Source of the DNA: an uncultured delta proteobacterium
GTDB lineage: Bacteria; Desulfobacterota; Binatia; UBA9968
NCBI GenBank assembly: GCA_963745835.1
Contig: CAVUZH010000003.1
Span: 1,385,185-1,449,184 of the forward strand
DNA: 64,000 nucleotides
Direction: 5' to 3'
Shown here: one piece after another, positions 20,338 to 30,581 of the stretch
How positions within the stretch are numbered: the stretch's first letter is position 1
How the letters are laid out: each line of letters opens with the position of its first letter
The notes under the pieces: generated by a model
Told to the model about the DNA's origin: nothing
Databases searched by the model: none
The model's input: only the letters and a program-made list of their open reading frames with translations
Made by a program: the position numbers and the translations under genes

Positions 20338-21375
20338 TCACCGGATTACCTTATCTGCTCTTGCGAGAACCTCCGGCGGGATGATCACGCCGATCTGCTT
20401 CGCGGTCTTTAGATTAACGACGAGTTCGAACTTCGTCGGCTGCTCGACCGGCAGCTCGGCCGGTTTGGCACCCTTGAGTATTTTGTCAATCATCGCCGCG
20501 ACACGCTTGAAGGCTTCGGTCTCATCGGCCCCGTAGGACATCAACCCACCGTTGTCCACAAAGTCCTCGCGATAATAGATTGCCGGCAGACGATACTTTG
20601 CTGCCAGGTCGATGATCCGTTTTTGGATGGCGCTTGTTTGAGACAAGCGGTGCCGGGTTACTGAAAGAGCCGTGCTTCCCGCTTTGACCGCCTCTTTGAA
20701 GCCGCTCTCGTAGTTTTCGCTGCTGCCAATCTCCATTGAATGAATTTGCAGCCCAAGTTGCCGCGCAGCTCGCTGGCTTTCGGCCCACTGAGGCTCGCTA
20801 CTTCCAGAGCTTGGGTACCATAAGACAGCGACGCGCGAGAGTTTGGCTATGGATTCCTTGAGTGCTTCCACTCGTTTCCCTGCCAAGACATCCGCCAGGG
20901 AATAAAATCCCGTCGTGTTTCCTCCCGGCCGCGCCACACTGGCAACCAAGCCGCGTGCAACTGGATCGAAAGGAGTATCAGTAAAGACAATCGGGATTGT
21001 TTTTGTAGCCTTCTTGGCGGCCAGACCGTCATTTGGACCGCCCGCAACGATGACATCGACTTTAAGGCGCACCAGCTCATCCGCCAAACCAGGAAGCCGC
21101 TCGGGCTTCTCTTCCGCATAGCGGCGCTCGAAGACAATGTTCTTACCCTCTACGTAACCGAGTTCCCGCAGTTCCCGTCGTAGTGCCTCGATGCCGAATG
21201 TACTGGAAGATGATCCCCCGCTGAGTCTTCCTATACGATAAATTTTTCCCTCTTGCTGCGCGTTCGCATAAGGGCATAGCACAAAGAGCAAACCCATCAG
21301 TGCCAGACAATAAACTTCTCGCCTTTGTGATCTTTCGATCCAGAATCGACAATCCAAAATCGAAAATCGCTTCAC
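20338..21375 (-). CDS. ABC transporter substrate-binding protein (ABC_sub_bind-type), array member
   Basis: [54 protein letters not shown]...LARADKVI. Confidence 0.9.
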   Translation of the reverse strand: MKRFSILDCRFWIERSQRREVYCLALMGLLFVLCPYANAQQEGKIYRIGRLSGGSSSSTFGIEALRRELRELGYVEGKNIVFERRYAEEKPERLPGLADELVRLKVDVIVAGGPNDGLAAKKATKTIPIVFTDTPFDPVARGLVASVARPGGNTTGFYSLADVLAGKRVEALKESIAKLSRVAVLWYPSSGSSEPQWAESQRAARQLGLQIHSMEIGSSENYESGFKEAVKAGSTALSVTRHRLSQTSAIQKRIIDLAAKYRLPAIYYREDFVDNGGLMSYGADETEAFKRVAAMIDKILKGAKPAELPVEQPTKFELVVNLKTAKQIGVIIPPEVLARADKVIR

Positions 21376-22376
21376 TTGATCACCTTGTCCGCCCGCGCCA
21401 ATACGCTAGGCGGAATCATCAAACCAATCTGCTTCGCGGTTTTTAAGTTGATCACAAGCTCGAACTTCGTCGGCTGCTCCACGGGAATATCGGCGGGCTT
21501 CGCTCCTTTGAGAATTTTGTCGACGTAAGTGGCGGCGCGTCGATAGAGTTCAGGTACATTCACTCCGTAGGACATCAATCCACCGGAATTTACGAACGCA
21601 TCCGTCCAATAGATCGCAGGCGTTTTGGTTGCGATCGCCATTGAAACTAACTGCATCCGGTGACCAGCGAAAAACTGACTCGATATCAGGGTCATGGCGT
21701 CTAGGCGCTTTTTCATGAGAATCGTGGGCAGTTCTTGGACATCCTTAAGCTCGCGCGCGTTAAGAATTTCCACCTTCACCCTTCTGCCGTGCGTCACTCG
21801 CTCGACCTCCTTTAATTGCGGAGCGCTAATCGGATCAGACGGGTTAGTAAGCACCCCGATCAGCTTCGCCGAGGGGAAAGTTTCCATTAGAAGTTCTGTG
21901 CGCTTGCCGCTCAGCTCGACATTCATGTTGGTGAGGCCCGTCAGATTTCCGCCGGGATTGGCGAGGCTCGCCACCATTCCGGCACCTAGAGGATCAGCAA
22001 CTAAGGCAAAAACGATCGGCGTTGTCGGCATCGACTTCTTGGCAGCCAGTGCCGCGGGCGTAGAGGATGCTAGAACTACATCCGGTTTGAAGCGATCGAT
22101 CTCTTCGGCCAGCTCGGCAAGCCTGCCTGCGCGGCCCTCAGCGTTCCAGAGCTCGATTGTAGCGTTTTGGCCGGCGACGTAGCCGAGACGATTCAGCTCT
22201 TCGAAAAAAGACTCCATATTCGCGCGTTGTTGATCATAGGCGAAAACTGCTATGCGCAAGATTTTGCCTGGCGCCTGCGCCTGAGCGTAAGCACAAAGGG
22301 CAAAGAGCAGAGCGCTCAGGCAGGTAAGCGCAAAGAACAAAGCCCGAAGCCGAAAAGAAATAATGTCTCTGTTCAT
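21372..22376 (-). CDS. ABC_sub_bind-type substrate-binding protein
   Basis: Family motifs, intact ORF. Confidence 0.9.
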   Translation of the reverse strand: MNRDIISFRLRALFFALTCLSALLFALCAYAQAQAPGKILRIAVFAYDQQRANMESFFEELNRLGYVAGQNATIELWNAEGRAGRLAELAEEIDRFKPDVVLASSTPAALAAKKSMPTTPIVFALVADPLGAGMVASLANPGGNLTGLTNMNVELSGKRTELLMETFPSAKLIGVLTNPSDPISAPQLKEVERVTHGRRVKVEILNARELKDVQELPTILMKKRLDAMTLISSQFFAGHRMQLVSMAIATKTPAIYWTDAFVNSGGLMSYGVNVPELYRRAATYVDKILKGAKPADIPVEQPTKFELVINLKTAKQIGLMIPPSVLARADKVIK

Positions 22377-22418
22377 GATCCTTTTACTATGCTGTTGCCT
22401 AATGGCTATTACCTGCTG

Positions 22419-23432
22419 TTATCGAATCACCTTATCCGCTCTGGCCAACACATTCGGCGGAATCGCCAGGCCAACCTGCTTGGCGGCATTTAAGTTTATC
22501 GCCAGCTCAAACTTTGCCGGTTGTTCGACCGGTAAGTCGCCCGGCTTCGCGCCTTTTAAAATCTTGTCGACATAAATAGAGAGGCGCCTGAAAACCTCGA
22601 GATCATCGGTTGCATACGACATCACGCATCCGGCATCTACGTACTGCCGGGCCTCGCACATCGAAGGCAGTCGATTCTTTATGGCCAGATCTGAAATTTG
22701 CCTCATATGCGGCCCGAGCACGGCATGACTCACCGTAATTAGCGCCTGTACTTTTCTCTGAATCGCTTCTCGAATTGCGCCTGCCAAGTCAGGATTCGGA
22801 CGGGTCACCTGCAGCGATTGGAGCTGTATCTTCAACGCTTCGGCAGTAGGCTCGTAGCTTTGGAACGCGGTTCCTATACCTAGTGCAGTCGGGCGGACCC
22901 AAAGAACGCCGACGCGAGAAATCGATGGGATGATCTCCTTGAGTATCTCCAACCTCTTTCCACTCAGGTCGCGAGTGAGGCGCGCAATCCCGGTGACGTT
23001 TCCGCTCGGACGCGCTAGGTCGTCAACTAAACCGGTGGCGACCGGGTCCTGATTGGTCACCATAACAATCGGGACGTTCTTAGTGGCCTGCTTGGCAGCA
23101 CGGACTGAGGTTGGATCTACGGCTATGAGAATATCGACCTTCAGTTGCAGAAGTTCCTTAACCAGATCGGTAGGCTCGAATTTCCCATCGGAGTGGCGGG
23201 ACTCGATCACGATGTTTTTTCCTTCAACGTACCCGAGATCTCGCAACCCATCCTGCAGTGCTTTGAACTGCCGCGGTATGGGGGCGCCGGCGCTTGGCAG
23301 ATAACCAATCCTTGGAATTCTCTCCGGCTGCTGCGCTTCGCTAAACGAGCAAAGCGCAAACAGCATAGTGGCAAGAGTAAAACAAAAAACTTTCTTGTTC
23401 TTCGCAAAATCCAAAAACGAAAATTGAATCAC
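22419..23432 (-). CDS. ABC_sub_bind-type substrate-binding protein
   Basis: Family motifs, intact ORF, GTGA overlap with upstream gene. Confidence 0.9.
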   Translation of the reverse strand: MIQFSFLDFAKNKKVFCFTLATMLFALCSFSEAQQPERIPRIGYLPSAGAPIPRQFKALQDGLRDLGYVEGKNIVIESRHSDGKFEPTDLVKELLQLKVDILIAVDPTSVRAAKQATKNVPIVMVTNQDPVATGLVDDLARPSGNVTGIARLTRDLSGKRLEILKEIIPSISRVGVLWVRPTALGIGTAFQSYEPTAEALKIQLQSLQVTRPNPDLAGAIREAIQRKVQALITVSHAVLGPHMRQISDLAIKNRLPSMCEARQYVDAGCVMSYATDDLEVFRRLSIYVDKILKGAKPGDLPVEQPAKFELAINLNAAKQVGLAIPPNVLARADKVIR

Positions 23433-24421
23433 TTGATCACCTTGTCCGCTCTCGCCAGCACACGCTGCGGAATAGTCACGCCTATTTGCTTCGCAGTTTT
23501 AAGATTAATCGCCAATTCAAACTTGCTCGGCTGCTCTATGGGAAGGTCGGCAGGCAGGGCGCCTTTCAGAATCTTATCCACATAGACGGCTACACGACGG
23601 TAGCTGTCCGCGAGGTCTCCCCCGTAATATATCAGCCCGCCGGCCTCTACCGCTTCTCTGTTGTTGTAAATCGATGGCAACCGTCTTCTTATTGCGTAAC
23701 CGGCGATCCGTTCATAGTTACCAGAGATTCGCGTCCCGGAGAGTACATAAAGAGCATCCGTGCGCTCCTTGTTAGACGTACCGAATGCTCGCTCGAAACC
23801 GTCTGCGTCTGGTACCTCCCAAGGCTGAACAGTTAATTTCAGCACCCGTGCTGTCTCTGGGAGGATCTCTTTCACCTCGCGTACCTGGGACGTATTGGCC
23901 GGATCGTAGAGAACCGCGACACGGGCAATCTTCGGAACCACTTCTTTGAGTAGCTCCAGACGCTTACCGCCCAGTTCTCTGGCAAAGTTTGTAAGGCCGG
24001 TGACGTTCCCACCGGGTCGGGCAAGGCTTTTAACCAGCCCTGCCTCAACGGGATCGGACCCGCCCATCATAACGATGGGAATGGTATTGGTCGCATTCTT
24101 GAGCGCCCGCGCGGGATTGTTTCCTCCATCTACTATAACGATATCAACCTTCAGACGCACCAGCTCGGCCGCAAGCTCAGGAAACCGATCGCGCTTCCCC
24201 TCCGCGTACCGGTATTCGAACGCGATGTTCTGTCCTTCTATGTAGCCTAACTCGCGCAGCGCGAGCCGAATTCCCTCAGAATCGGCGGATTCACTATTGG
24301 GGGTGCCCGGCATTAAATATCCTACTCGGTGAACTTTCTTTGGCTGCTGCGCATCGGCAACATGGACACTGTTCATGGTAAAGACAATCACCAGAAGAAC
24401 AGTTGCGGAGTTCTTTTTCAC
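23429..24421 (-). CDS. ABC_sub_bind-type substrate-binding protein
   Basis: Family motifs; start overlaps the TGA of an orphan tail module. Confidence 0.9.
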   Translation of the reverse strand: MKKNSATVLLVIVFTMNSVHVADAQQPKKVHRVGYLMPGTPNSESADSEGIRLALRELGYIEGQNIAFEYRYAEGKRDRFPELAAELVRLKVDIVIVDGGNNPARALKNATNTIPIVMMGGSDPVEAGLVKSLARPGGNVTGLTNFARELGGKRLELLKEVVPKIARVAVLYDPANTSQVREVKEILPETARVLKLTVQPWEVPDADGFERAFGTSNKERTDALYVLSGTRISGNYERIAGYAIRRRLPSIYNNREAVEAGGLIYYGGDLADSYRRVAVYVDKILKGALPADLPIEQPSKFELAINLKTAKQIGVTIPQRVLARADKVIK

Positions 24422-24508
24422 TTGATCACCTTGTCCGCCCGCACCAGTACGTTCGGCGGAATCGCCGTACGACTTTAGATTTTGGATTTTCGATTTTGGA
24501 TTGTTCGA
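24418..24508 (-). repeat. Orphan SBP 3'-tail module (heptamer repeats + AIPPNVLVRADKVIK*)
   Basis: Near-identical to 42952-43043 and related to 26240-26377. Confidence 0.8.
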
Positions 24509-25561
24509 TCATCGGATTACCTTATCTGCTCTGGCTAATACAGCTGGTGGGATCGTCACGCCGATCTGTTTGGCAGTTTTTAAGTTGATCACGAGCTCGA
24601 ATTTAGTGGGCTGTTCGACCGGGAGATCGGCCGGCTTGGCGCCCTTGAGGATTTTGTCTATGTAAATAGCCGCCCGGCGTTGCAGATCGCCAAGGTTAAC
24701 ACCGTAGCTCATCAGGCCACCTGCGTTGACAAAGCCTTGTCTTACAAACACTGCCGGCAGCCGGCTTTTTGCGGCGTGATCTGCAACCGATTTCGGATCA
24801 ACGTTGAATATGGGGCCGCCGAGCACGAGGATCGCATCAGCTCGAGCGCTACGCGCGTCTCGAAACGCGCGGTCGACTTCTTTCGGATGGCGCACGTCTA
24901 CATACTGAAGTTGTACTCTGAGTGCGGCGGCGGCGCGTTCTGTCTCCTTAAGTCCTTCAGCATCGCCCGGATTGTTTGAAGAACCTAGGACTGCGACATG
25001 AGATAGGCCAGGAAGGATCTCCTTCAGAAGCTCCAGCCTTTTTCCGCTTACCTCGGGGCGGACTGTGGACAACCCAGTAATATTTCCGCCGGGTCGTGCT
25101 AGGCTTGCGATGAAGCTGCTGGCGACAGGATCGTTATCCTGGAGCATAACAATCGGAATCCTAGTCGTAGCCGCCTTGGCAGCGCGGGTTGCCGTTGAAC
25201 CGCCGCTTAGAATAACGTCGACCTTCATACGAACCAGCTCGGCAGCCATTAGAGATAGCTGATCCGGCTTCCCCTCCGCATGCCGGTACTCAAATGCGAT
25301 ATTCTGCCCTTCGATGTAGCCTAGCTCACGTAAACCTTCTTTAATCTGCGCAAGACCGCCACCTGTTAAGGAAACGGTACTCGCATACAGGAACCCCAAT
25401 TGTGGGATTTTTTCCGCTTGTTGCGCCTGAAGCGGAAGGCAAATCGTCAAGAGCAAACCGCTCAATAAAAGATAAAATACATTGTGCCGTCTTGTTCCAA
25501 TCCACAATCCAAAGCATGTCCTGAGCCATGCCGAAGGATCAAAAATCCAAAATGGGATCAT
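24509..25561 (-). CDS. ABC_sub_bind-type substrate-binding protein
   Basis: Family motifs, intact ORF; leader contains PSAWLRTC insertion. Confidence 0.9.
   Translation of the reverse strand: MIPFWIFDPSAWLRTCFGLWIGTRRHNVFYLLLSGLLLTICLPLQAQQAEKIPQLGFLYASTVSLTGGGLAQIKEGLRELGYIEGQNIAFEYRHAEGKPDQLSLMAAELVRMKVDVILSGGSTATRAAKAATTRIPIVMLQDNDPVASSFIASLARPGGNITGLSTVRPEVSGKRLELLKEILPGLSHVAVLGSSNNPGDAEGLKETERAAAALRVQLQYVDVRHPKEVDRAFRDARSARADAILVLGGPIFNVDPKSVADHAAKSRLPAVFVRQGFVNAGGLMSYGVNLGDLQRRAAIYIDKILKGAKPADLPVEQPTKFELVINLKTAKQIGVTIPPAVLARADKVIR
25515..25538. repeat. 24-nt REP-like element CATGTCCTGAGCCATGCCGAAGGA
   Basis: Also at ~30543-30564 and 31591-31614; longer variant at ~26314-26361. Confidence 0.7.
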
Positions 25562-25690
25562 TTGATCACCTTATCGGCCCGTGCCAAGACGCTAGGCGGA
25601 ATCATCAGATCAATTTGCTTGGCGGCTTTGAGATTGATCACCAGCTCAAATTAGTTGGCTGCTCGACCGGCAAGTCGGCAGGCTTGGACC
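25558..25690 (-). pseudogene. 3'-terminal fragment of an ABC_sub_bind gene
   Basis: [11 protein letters not shown]...[14 protein letters not shown] with no upstream coding part; hicBA lies immediately beyond. Confidence 0.75.
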
Positions 25691-25769
25691 GGATTACTCC
25701 CGTTCTCATTTCACCACAGCTTGTGATCACAGGAGCGGCTGATATAGCAATTGTAGCTCTGGAGGAATC

Positions 25770-26015
25770 ATGATGCGTTACTCGGTGCTTCTTGAACCCA
25801 TAAACGAACCAGAGTTTCAGGGCTACTACTACGCTCATATTCCGACTCTCGACCTGACCACCCATGGCATGGGAATCGAAGGCGCCCTTGGCGCTGCCCA
25901 ACAGTTGGTCGAGGCCTGGGTTGAAGAGAAAAGGTCACGTGGCGAAACCGTTCCTGTCGAAGCGAAATCCTTGATTGCACACGTCGAAATTCCGGATGCC
26001 GTACTCCGCCCGTGA
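25770..26015 (+). CDS. hicB: HicB-family antitoxin (short, no obvious DNA-binding domain)
   Basis: YSVLLEP...[20 protein letters not shown]...GETVP; SD GGAGG. Confidence 0.8.
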   Translation: MMRYSVLLEPINEPEFQGYYYAHIPTLDLTTHGMGIEGALGAAQQLVEAWVEEKRSRGETVPVEAKSLIAHVEIPDAVLRP

Positions 26016-26202
26016 AGTCCTCGCAAAATTGATTCGCGCCGGCTTTATAGAAGTAAGACAGAGCGGTAGCCATAAAGTCCTGCGGCATCCAGATGGCCGA
26101 CAGACTTACGTAGCAATGCATCCAGGAACGCTGCCAACAGGAACCTTTCGCAAGATTCTTAAGCAAGCCGGCCTGACTGAAGAACAATTTCGGTCGTTGT
26201 GA
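25996..26202 (+). CDS. hicA: HicA-family mRNA interferase toxin
   Basis: [20 protein letters not shown]...[13 protein letters not shown]. Confidence 0.88.
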   Translation: MPYSAREVLAKLIRAGFIEVRQSGSHKVLRHPDGRQTYVAMHPGTLPTGTFRKILKQAGLTEEQFRSL

Positions 26203-26239
26203 ATTATCCCATTGTAAGTAAATTTGGCTGTGCCTCTTC

Positions 26240-26377
26240 TCATCTGATCACCTTATCCGCTCGCGCCAACACATTCGGTGGAATCGCCATCCGATTTTAG
26301 ATTTTGGATTTTGGATCCTTCTACGGAGTTTATTCTGAGAGAGCCGAAGGGCTCAGGAAAGATTTTAGATTGTTCGA
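26240..26377 (-). repeat. Orphan SBP 3'-tail module with REP-like insertion
   Basis: Heptamer repeats + [15 protein letters not shown]; carries CCTTCTACGGAG...GGGCTCAGG insertion. Confidence 0.75.
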
Positions 26378-27457
26378 TCATCGGATCACCTTGTCCGCTC
26401 TTGCGAGCACGTTCGGCGGGATCGTGAGACCGATCTGCTTCGCGGCGTTAAGATTGATCACCAGCTCGAACTTCGTCGGCTGTTCCACCGGGAGTCGGCA
26501 GGCTTTGCGCCTTTCAGAATCTTATCGACATACGTGGCAGCGCGGCGGTATAAGTCAGGCGATGTTCGCCCCGTAATACATAAGGCCACCCGTGTCTGTC
26601 CACTGGACGTTTGGGTATATGGCTGGCATACGCGTCTGTTCCACCAGCTCCAAAATCGTTTTTCGGTGAGGAGTTAAACCAAGGTTACCTAAACCGGTAA
26701 TGAGACCGCCAACACGCTCCTTAACCATGAGGCGGAATGCGCCCTCAAGATCCGGATTGGGAGTTTTTACCTCTACAAGTTGAAGCCTGACTCCTAAGGC
26801 CTGGGCCGTTACCTCCGCAGCCTGGAATCCGGCTCTATTCGGCGAACTGAGCGGTTCATTAAGGAAGACAAAGCGCGCGATCTTCGGCACCGCCTCTTTC
26901 AAGAGTTCCAGTCGCTTTCCAAGCACCTCCGGGGTGAGGTTTGTCAAACCCGTGACGTTTCCCCCCGGACGGGCCAGACTGGCGACGAGGCCGGTCTCAA
27001 CAGGGTCAGCACCGCTTGCCATAATAATCGGAATCGTAGTGGTTACCTTCTTGGCGTGACTGGCCGCCGAGTATGACTCCGCAACAATGATTTCAACCGG
27101 GAGTCGAACGAGTTCCTCAGCCAATGCGGGCAGTCGTTCGAGTCTACCGTCAGCGTACCTGTATTCGATGGTGATGTTTTTCCCCTCGATGTAGCCCAAT
27201 TCCCGCAAACCTCGATGGAAAGCCTCAAGGTTCCGCGGCGCAGGTGCACGGGAATCTGACGGATGAAGATCGCGCGACAGAAAGCCTATCCTGAAAGTAT
27301 TTTTCGGCTGCTGCGCCATCGCGGACGGACATTGCGCGAAAAGCATCGCGCTAACCGTTAAACAAAAGGCGCTCAATGGGGCTACGTACCAAAGAATACC
27401 ACTGATCGTGGAAGGATCACTTTGCGTTTCACGCGGCTTGCCTTTCGCCTTCTTCAC
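26378..27457 (-). pseudogene. ABC_sub_bind-type protein, frameshifted near 3' end
   Basis: ORF stops at 26555; [16 protein letters not shown]...ADKVIR continues in other frames. Confidence 0.8.
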
Positions 27458-28497
27458 TTGATCACCTTGTCCGCCCGCGCCAACACGTTGGGCGGGACAA
27501 TCAGACCGATTTGCTTTGCCGTTTTAAGATTGATCACCAGCTCAAACTTCGTCGGCTGTTCGATGGGCAGATTGGCGGGCTTCGTGCCCTTTAAAATCTT
27601 ATCTACATAAACGGCGGCGCGCCGGAAACTCTCCGCATCGTTAGCCGCATACGATACGAGACCACCGCTTTCTACAAAATCCGCTCCCGCTGACATTAAA
27701 GGTAGCCGGTGCTTTATGGCAAGATCCGCAATTTGGGCTCGATAGTTTACGAGCAGCGAAGTCCTAACTGCAATAATCGCGTTCGCGCGCCGTTTGGCCA
27801 CTGTTTGAAAAGTATCCTTGAGATTAGAGCTCGCACCGCGTACTTCCAAGGATTCAAGCGCAATTTTCAGTGCATTGGCCGCGTTTTGATAATTCTCCAC
27901 CGGTGAAGCCGTATCCGCTTCCCAAAGAAGTCCGACTCGAGAGATACCAGGGACTACCTCCTTCAGCAGCTCAAGCCGTTTTTCACTTAGATCTCGGGTG
28001 AGCCGAGTGAGCCCAGTAATATTTCCACCCGGTCGGGCCAAGCTATCGACCAGCCCAGTTCTCACTGGATCTTCCGTAATTGCCATGACAATGGGAATTG
28101 TCCTGGTCGCTCGCTTGGCCTCGCGGACAACTCGGAAAGTCGGCGAAACAAGGACATCAATATTGCGCTGGACAAGTTCGGCCACGACGCTAGGGATATT
28201 GTCGTCCTTCCATTCTGCGTGGCGATAATCAATGACGATGTTTTTTCCGTCGATGTACCCGAGATTTTGCATCGCGTGACGGAAAGCTGCAAAATTCGGC
28301 GAGGAGGTGGAAGGCTCGCCACCTCCTGTAACATATCCAATCCGTACGTCTTTTGACTGCTGCGCCTCAACGGAAACATCGGTAGGCAGAAAGAAAGCAA
28401 GCAGCAAGCAGTTAAAGACAAATCTTATCGTCTGTGTTAGAAGTTTCGCTACGCTTGTCTTACTGTCAGCTGCTCTCTGCTCACGACCCGTTGTCAT
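27454..28497 (-). CDS. ABC_sub_bind-type substrate-binding protein
   Basis: Family motifs, intact ORF. Confidence 0.9.
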   Translation of the reverse strand: MTTGREQRAADSKTSVAKLLTQTIRFVFNCLLLAFFLPTDVSVEAQQSKDVRIGYVTGGGEPSTSSPNFAAFRHAMQNLGYIDGKNIVIDYRHAEWKDDNIPSVVAELVQRNIDVLVSPTFRVVREAKRATRTIPIVMAITEDPVRTGLVDSLARPGGNITGLTRLTRDLSEKRLELLKEVVPGISRVGLLWEADTASPVENYQNAANALKIALESLEVRGASSNLKDTFQTVAKRRANAIIAVRTSLLVNYRAQIADLAIKHRLPLMSAGADFVESGGLVSYAANDAESFRRAAVYVDKILKGTKPANLPIEQPTKFELVINLKTAKQIGLIVPPNVLARADKVIK

Positions 28498-29498
28498 CGA
28501 ATCACCTTATCCGCTCTTGCGAGCACGTTCGGCGGGATCGTGAGACCGATTTGCTTCGCGGCTTTGAGATTAATTCCTAAATCAAACTTATTCGGTCGCT
28601 CCACAGGCAGATCCGCAGGCTTTGAGCCCTTAAGAATCTTGTCGACGTAAGTCGCCGCGCGCCGGTGTAAGTCGGGGACATTGGCGCCGTAGTACATAAG
28701 GCCGCCTGCGTCTATCCATGATGGGGTTGGATATATGGCTGGTATGCGCGTCTGTTCGACCCATTGCAGAATCTTTTTACGGTGACGAGTTACATTGAGA
28801 AGACCTGCGCCTGTAATGAGAGCGCCAACACGCTCCTTGGCCATGGTTCGGAATGCGCCGTCGATATCCGGATTCGCGGCTTTTACTTCCACCAATTCAA
28901 GTGTAACCCCTAATACCTGGGCAGCGGCCTGCGCATCCTTAACATTGGACCTGTTGAACGTAGAGTCATCGTCATCGAGGAATGCAAAGCGGGAGACTTT
29001 GGGGACGAGTTCTTTCAATAATTCAAGTCGCTTTCCAAGCAATTCCCCGGAATAGTTCGTCAAGCCTGTGACATTTCCGCCAGGCCGCGGGAGACTGGCG
29101 ACAAGTCCGCTTTGAATTGGATCGCTGCCGCTCCCTATAACAATAGGAATCGTCGAAGTTGCACTTCGGGCGGCTCGGGCTGCTGTGGAATTTGTTGCGA
29201 AGATAATGTCAACTTTGAAACGAACTAGTTCTTCTGCGAGCTCCGGCAGTCTTTCAAACTTTCCTTCGGCGTGTCGGTATTCGATGTAGATGTTTTTCCC
29301 CTCCTGGTAGCCTAACTGCAGCAAACCTTGACGAAAGGCCTCAAGGTTACGCTGCGCAGGCACAGCGGAGTTCGGCGAAGAAAGTTCATGAGACAAATAT
29401 CCTAGGGTTGGAACGTTTCTCGTCTGTTGCGCCACAGTCGTCGAAGTAGTAGCAAGAAGAGAAACTGCAAGTAGCCAAACCGTCCGTAGTCTCCTCAT
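28494..29498 (-). CDS. ABC_sub_bind-type substrate-binding protein
   Basis: Family motifs, intact ORF. Confidence 0.9.
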   Translation of the reverse strand: MRRLRTVWLLAVSLLATTSTTVAQQTRNVPTLGYLSHELSSPNSAVPAQRNLEAFRQGLLQLGYQEGKNIYIEYRHAEGKFERLPELAEELVRFKVDIIFATNSTAARAARSATSTIPIVIGSGSDPIQSGLVASLPRPGGNVTGLTNYSGELLGKRLELLKELVPKVSRFAFLDDDDSTFNRSNVKDAQAAAQVLGVTLELVEVKAANPDIDGAFRTMAKERVGALITGAGLLNVTRHRKKILQWVEQTRIPAIYPTPSWIDAGGLMYYGANVPDLHRRAATYVDKILKGSKPADLPVERPNKFDLGINLKAAKQIGLTIPPNVLARADKVIR

Positions 29499-29539
29499 CT
29501 GGTTCTCCCATGCCTGTGCCGATTAACGTCTGACCATTG

Positions 29540-30574
29540 CTATTTAATGACCTTATCCGCTCTCGCGAGCACCTGCGGTGGAATGATCACGCCGATTTGC
29601 TTTGCCGCTTTGAGATTGACGACTAACTCGAACTTAGTCGGCTGCTCCACCGGAATTTCGGCGGGTTTGGCGCCTTTCAGAATTTTGTCGACCATCGACG
29701 CTCCACGCCTGTAGGGCTCGACGCGGTCATGGCCGTAGGACATCATGCCACCGCTGGCGGCATAGTCTCCGCGAGGGTATATCGCCGGCAGCCCACTTTT
29801 CGCTGCTAAATCAGCCATATGTTTTTGGTTGGAAGCCGCTAACGGGTACTGCGCGACGGTAACAGCTGTGGCTTGCGCCCTGATTGCCTCTTTGAACGCG
29901 CTGTCGAATTGCTCGGCGCTCCTTACCTCCATCGAATGAAGTTGCAGGCCGAGTTCTCTCGCCGGCAGTTGGCTCTCTTTCCATGCTTGCGTTGAACCTG
30001 AATCATTTGGATTCCACAGCACCGCAACGCGCGACAGCTTGGGAATGATTTCCTTGAGTAACTCCAATCGCTTGCCGGCCAAGACCGACGAAATGATGCT
30101 GAAGCCCGTGATGTTTCCGCCAGGCCGGGGCAGGCTGTCAACCAGCCCAATTGCAACGGGATCACTCACGCTCAGGAAAACGACGGGTATTGTTCTCGTT
30201 GCGTTCTTGAGAACCCGGGCAACACTCCCCGAGGCCGTAACGAGTACGTCAACTTTGAGTTTGATCAGCTCATCCGCCAGGGCGGGAAGTCGATCAGATC
30301 TACCCTCGCTGTATCGATACTCGATGGTTAAGTTTTTGCCCTCAAGATAGCCGAGGTCAGCCAGAGCCTGCCGGAAGAACTCGCGCCCGGAGCCTGCGCC
30401 ACCTTCTCCCAGCCAGCCGATTTTAGCTACTTTGGTCGGCTGCGCGTTGCCAATCGAGCAAAGCGCAAAGAACAAAGTGCAAAGAGTCAAGCCAAACGAC
30501 TTGCTTTCTCCTGATTCTATTAGCCAAAATTCAAAGCCTCGTGCCTGAGCCATGCCGAAGGATCGGAAATCCAA
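29540..30574 (-). CDS. ABC_sub_bind-type substrate-binding protein (start uncertain)
   Basis: Family motifs; leader within heptamer/REP-like junction. Confidence 0.88.
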   Translation of the reverse strand: MDFRSFGMAQARGFEFWLIESGESKSFGLTLCTLFFALCSIGNAQPTKVAKIGWLGEGGAGSGREFFRQALADLGYLEGKNLTIEYRYSEGRSDRLPALADELIKLKVDVLVTASGSVARVLKNATRTIPVVFLSVSDPVAIGLVDSLPRPGGNITGFSIISSVLAGKRLELLKEIIPKLSRVAVLWNPNDSGSTQAWKESQLPARELGLQLHSMEVRSAEQFDSAFKEAIRAQATAVTVAQYPLAASNQKHMADLAAKSGLPAIYPRGDYAASGGMMSYGHDRVEPYRRGASMVDKILKGAKPAEIPVEQPTKFELVVNLKAAKQIGVIIPPQVLARADKVIK

Positions 30575-30581
30575 AATCGAC

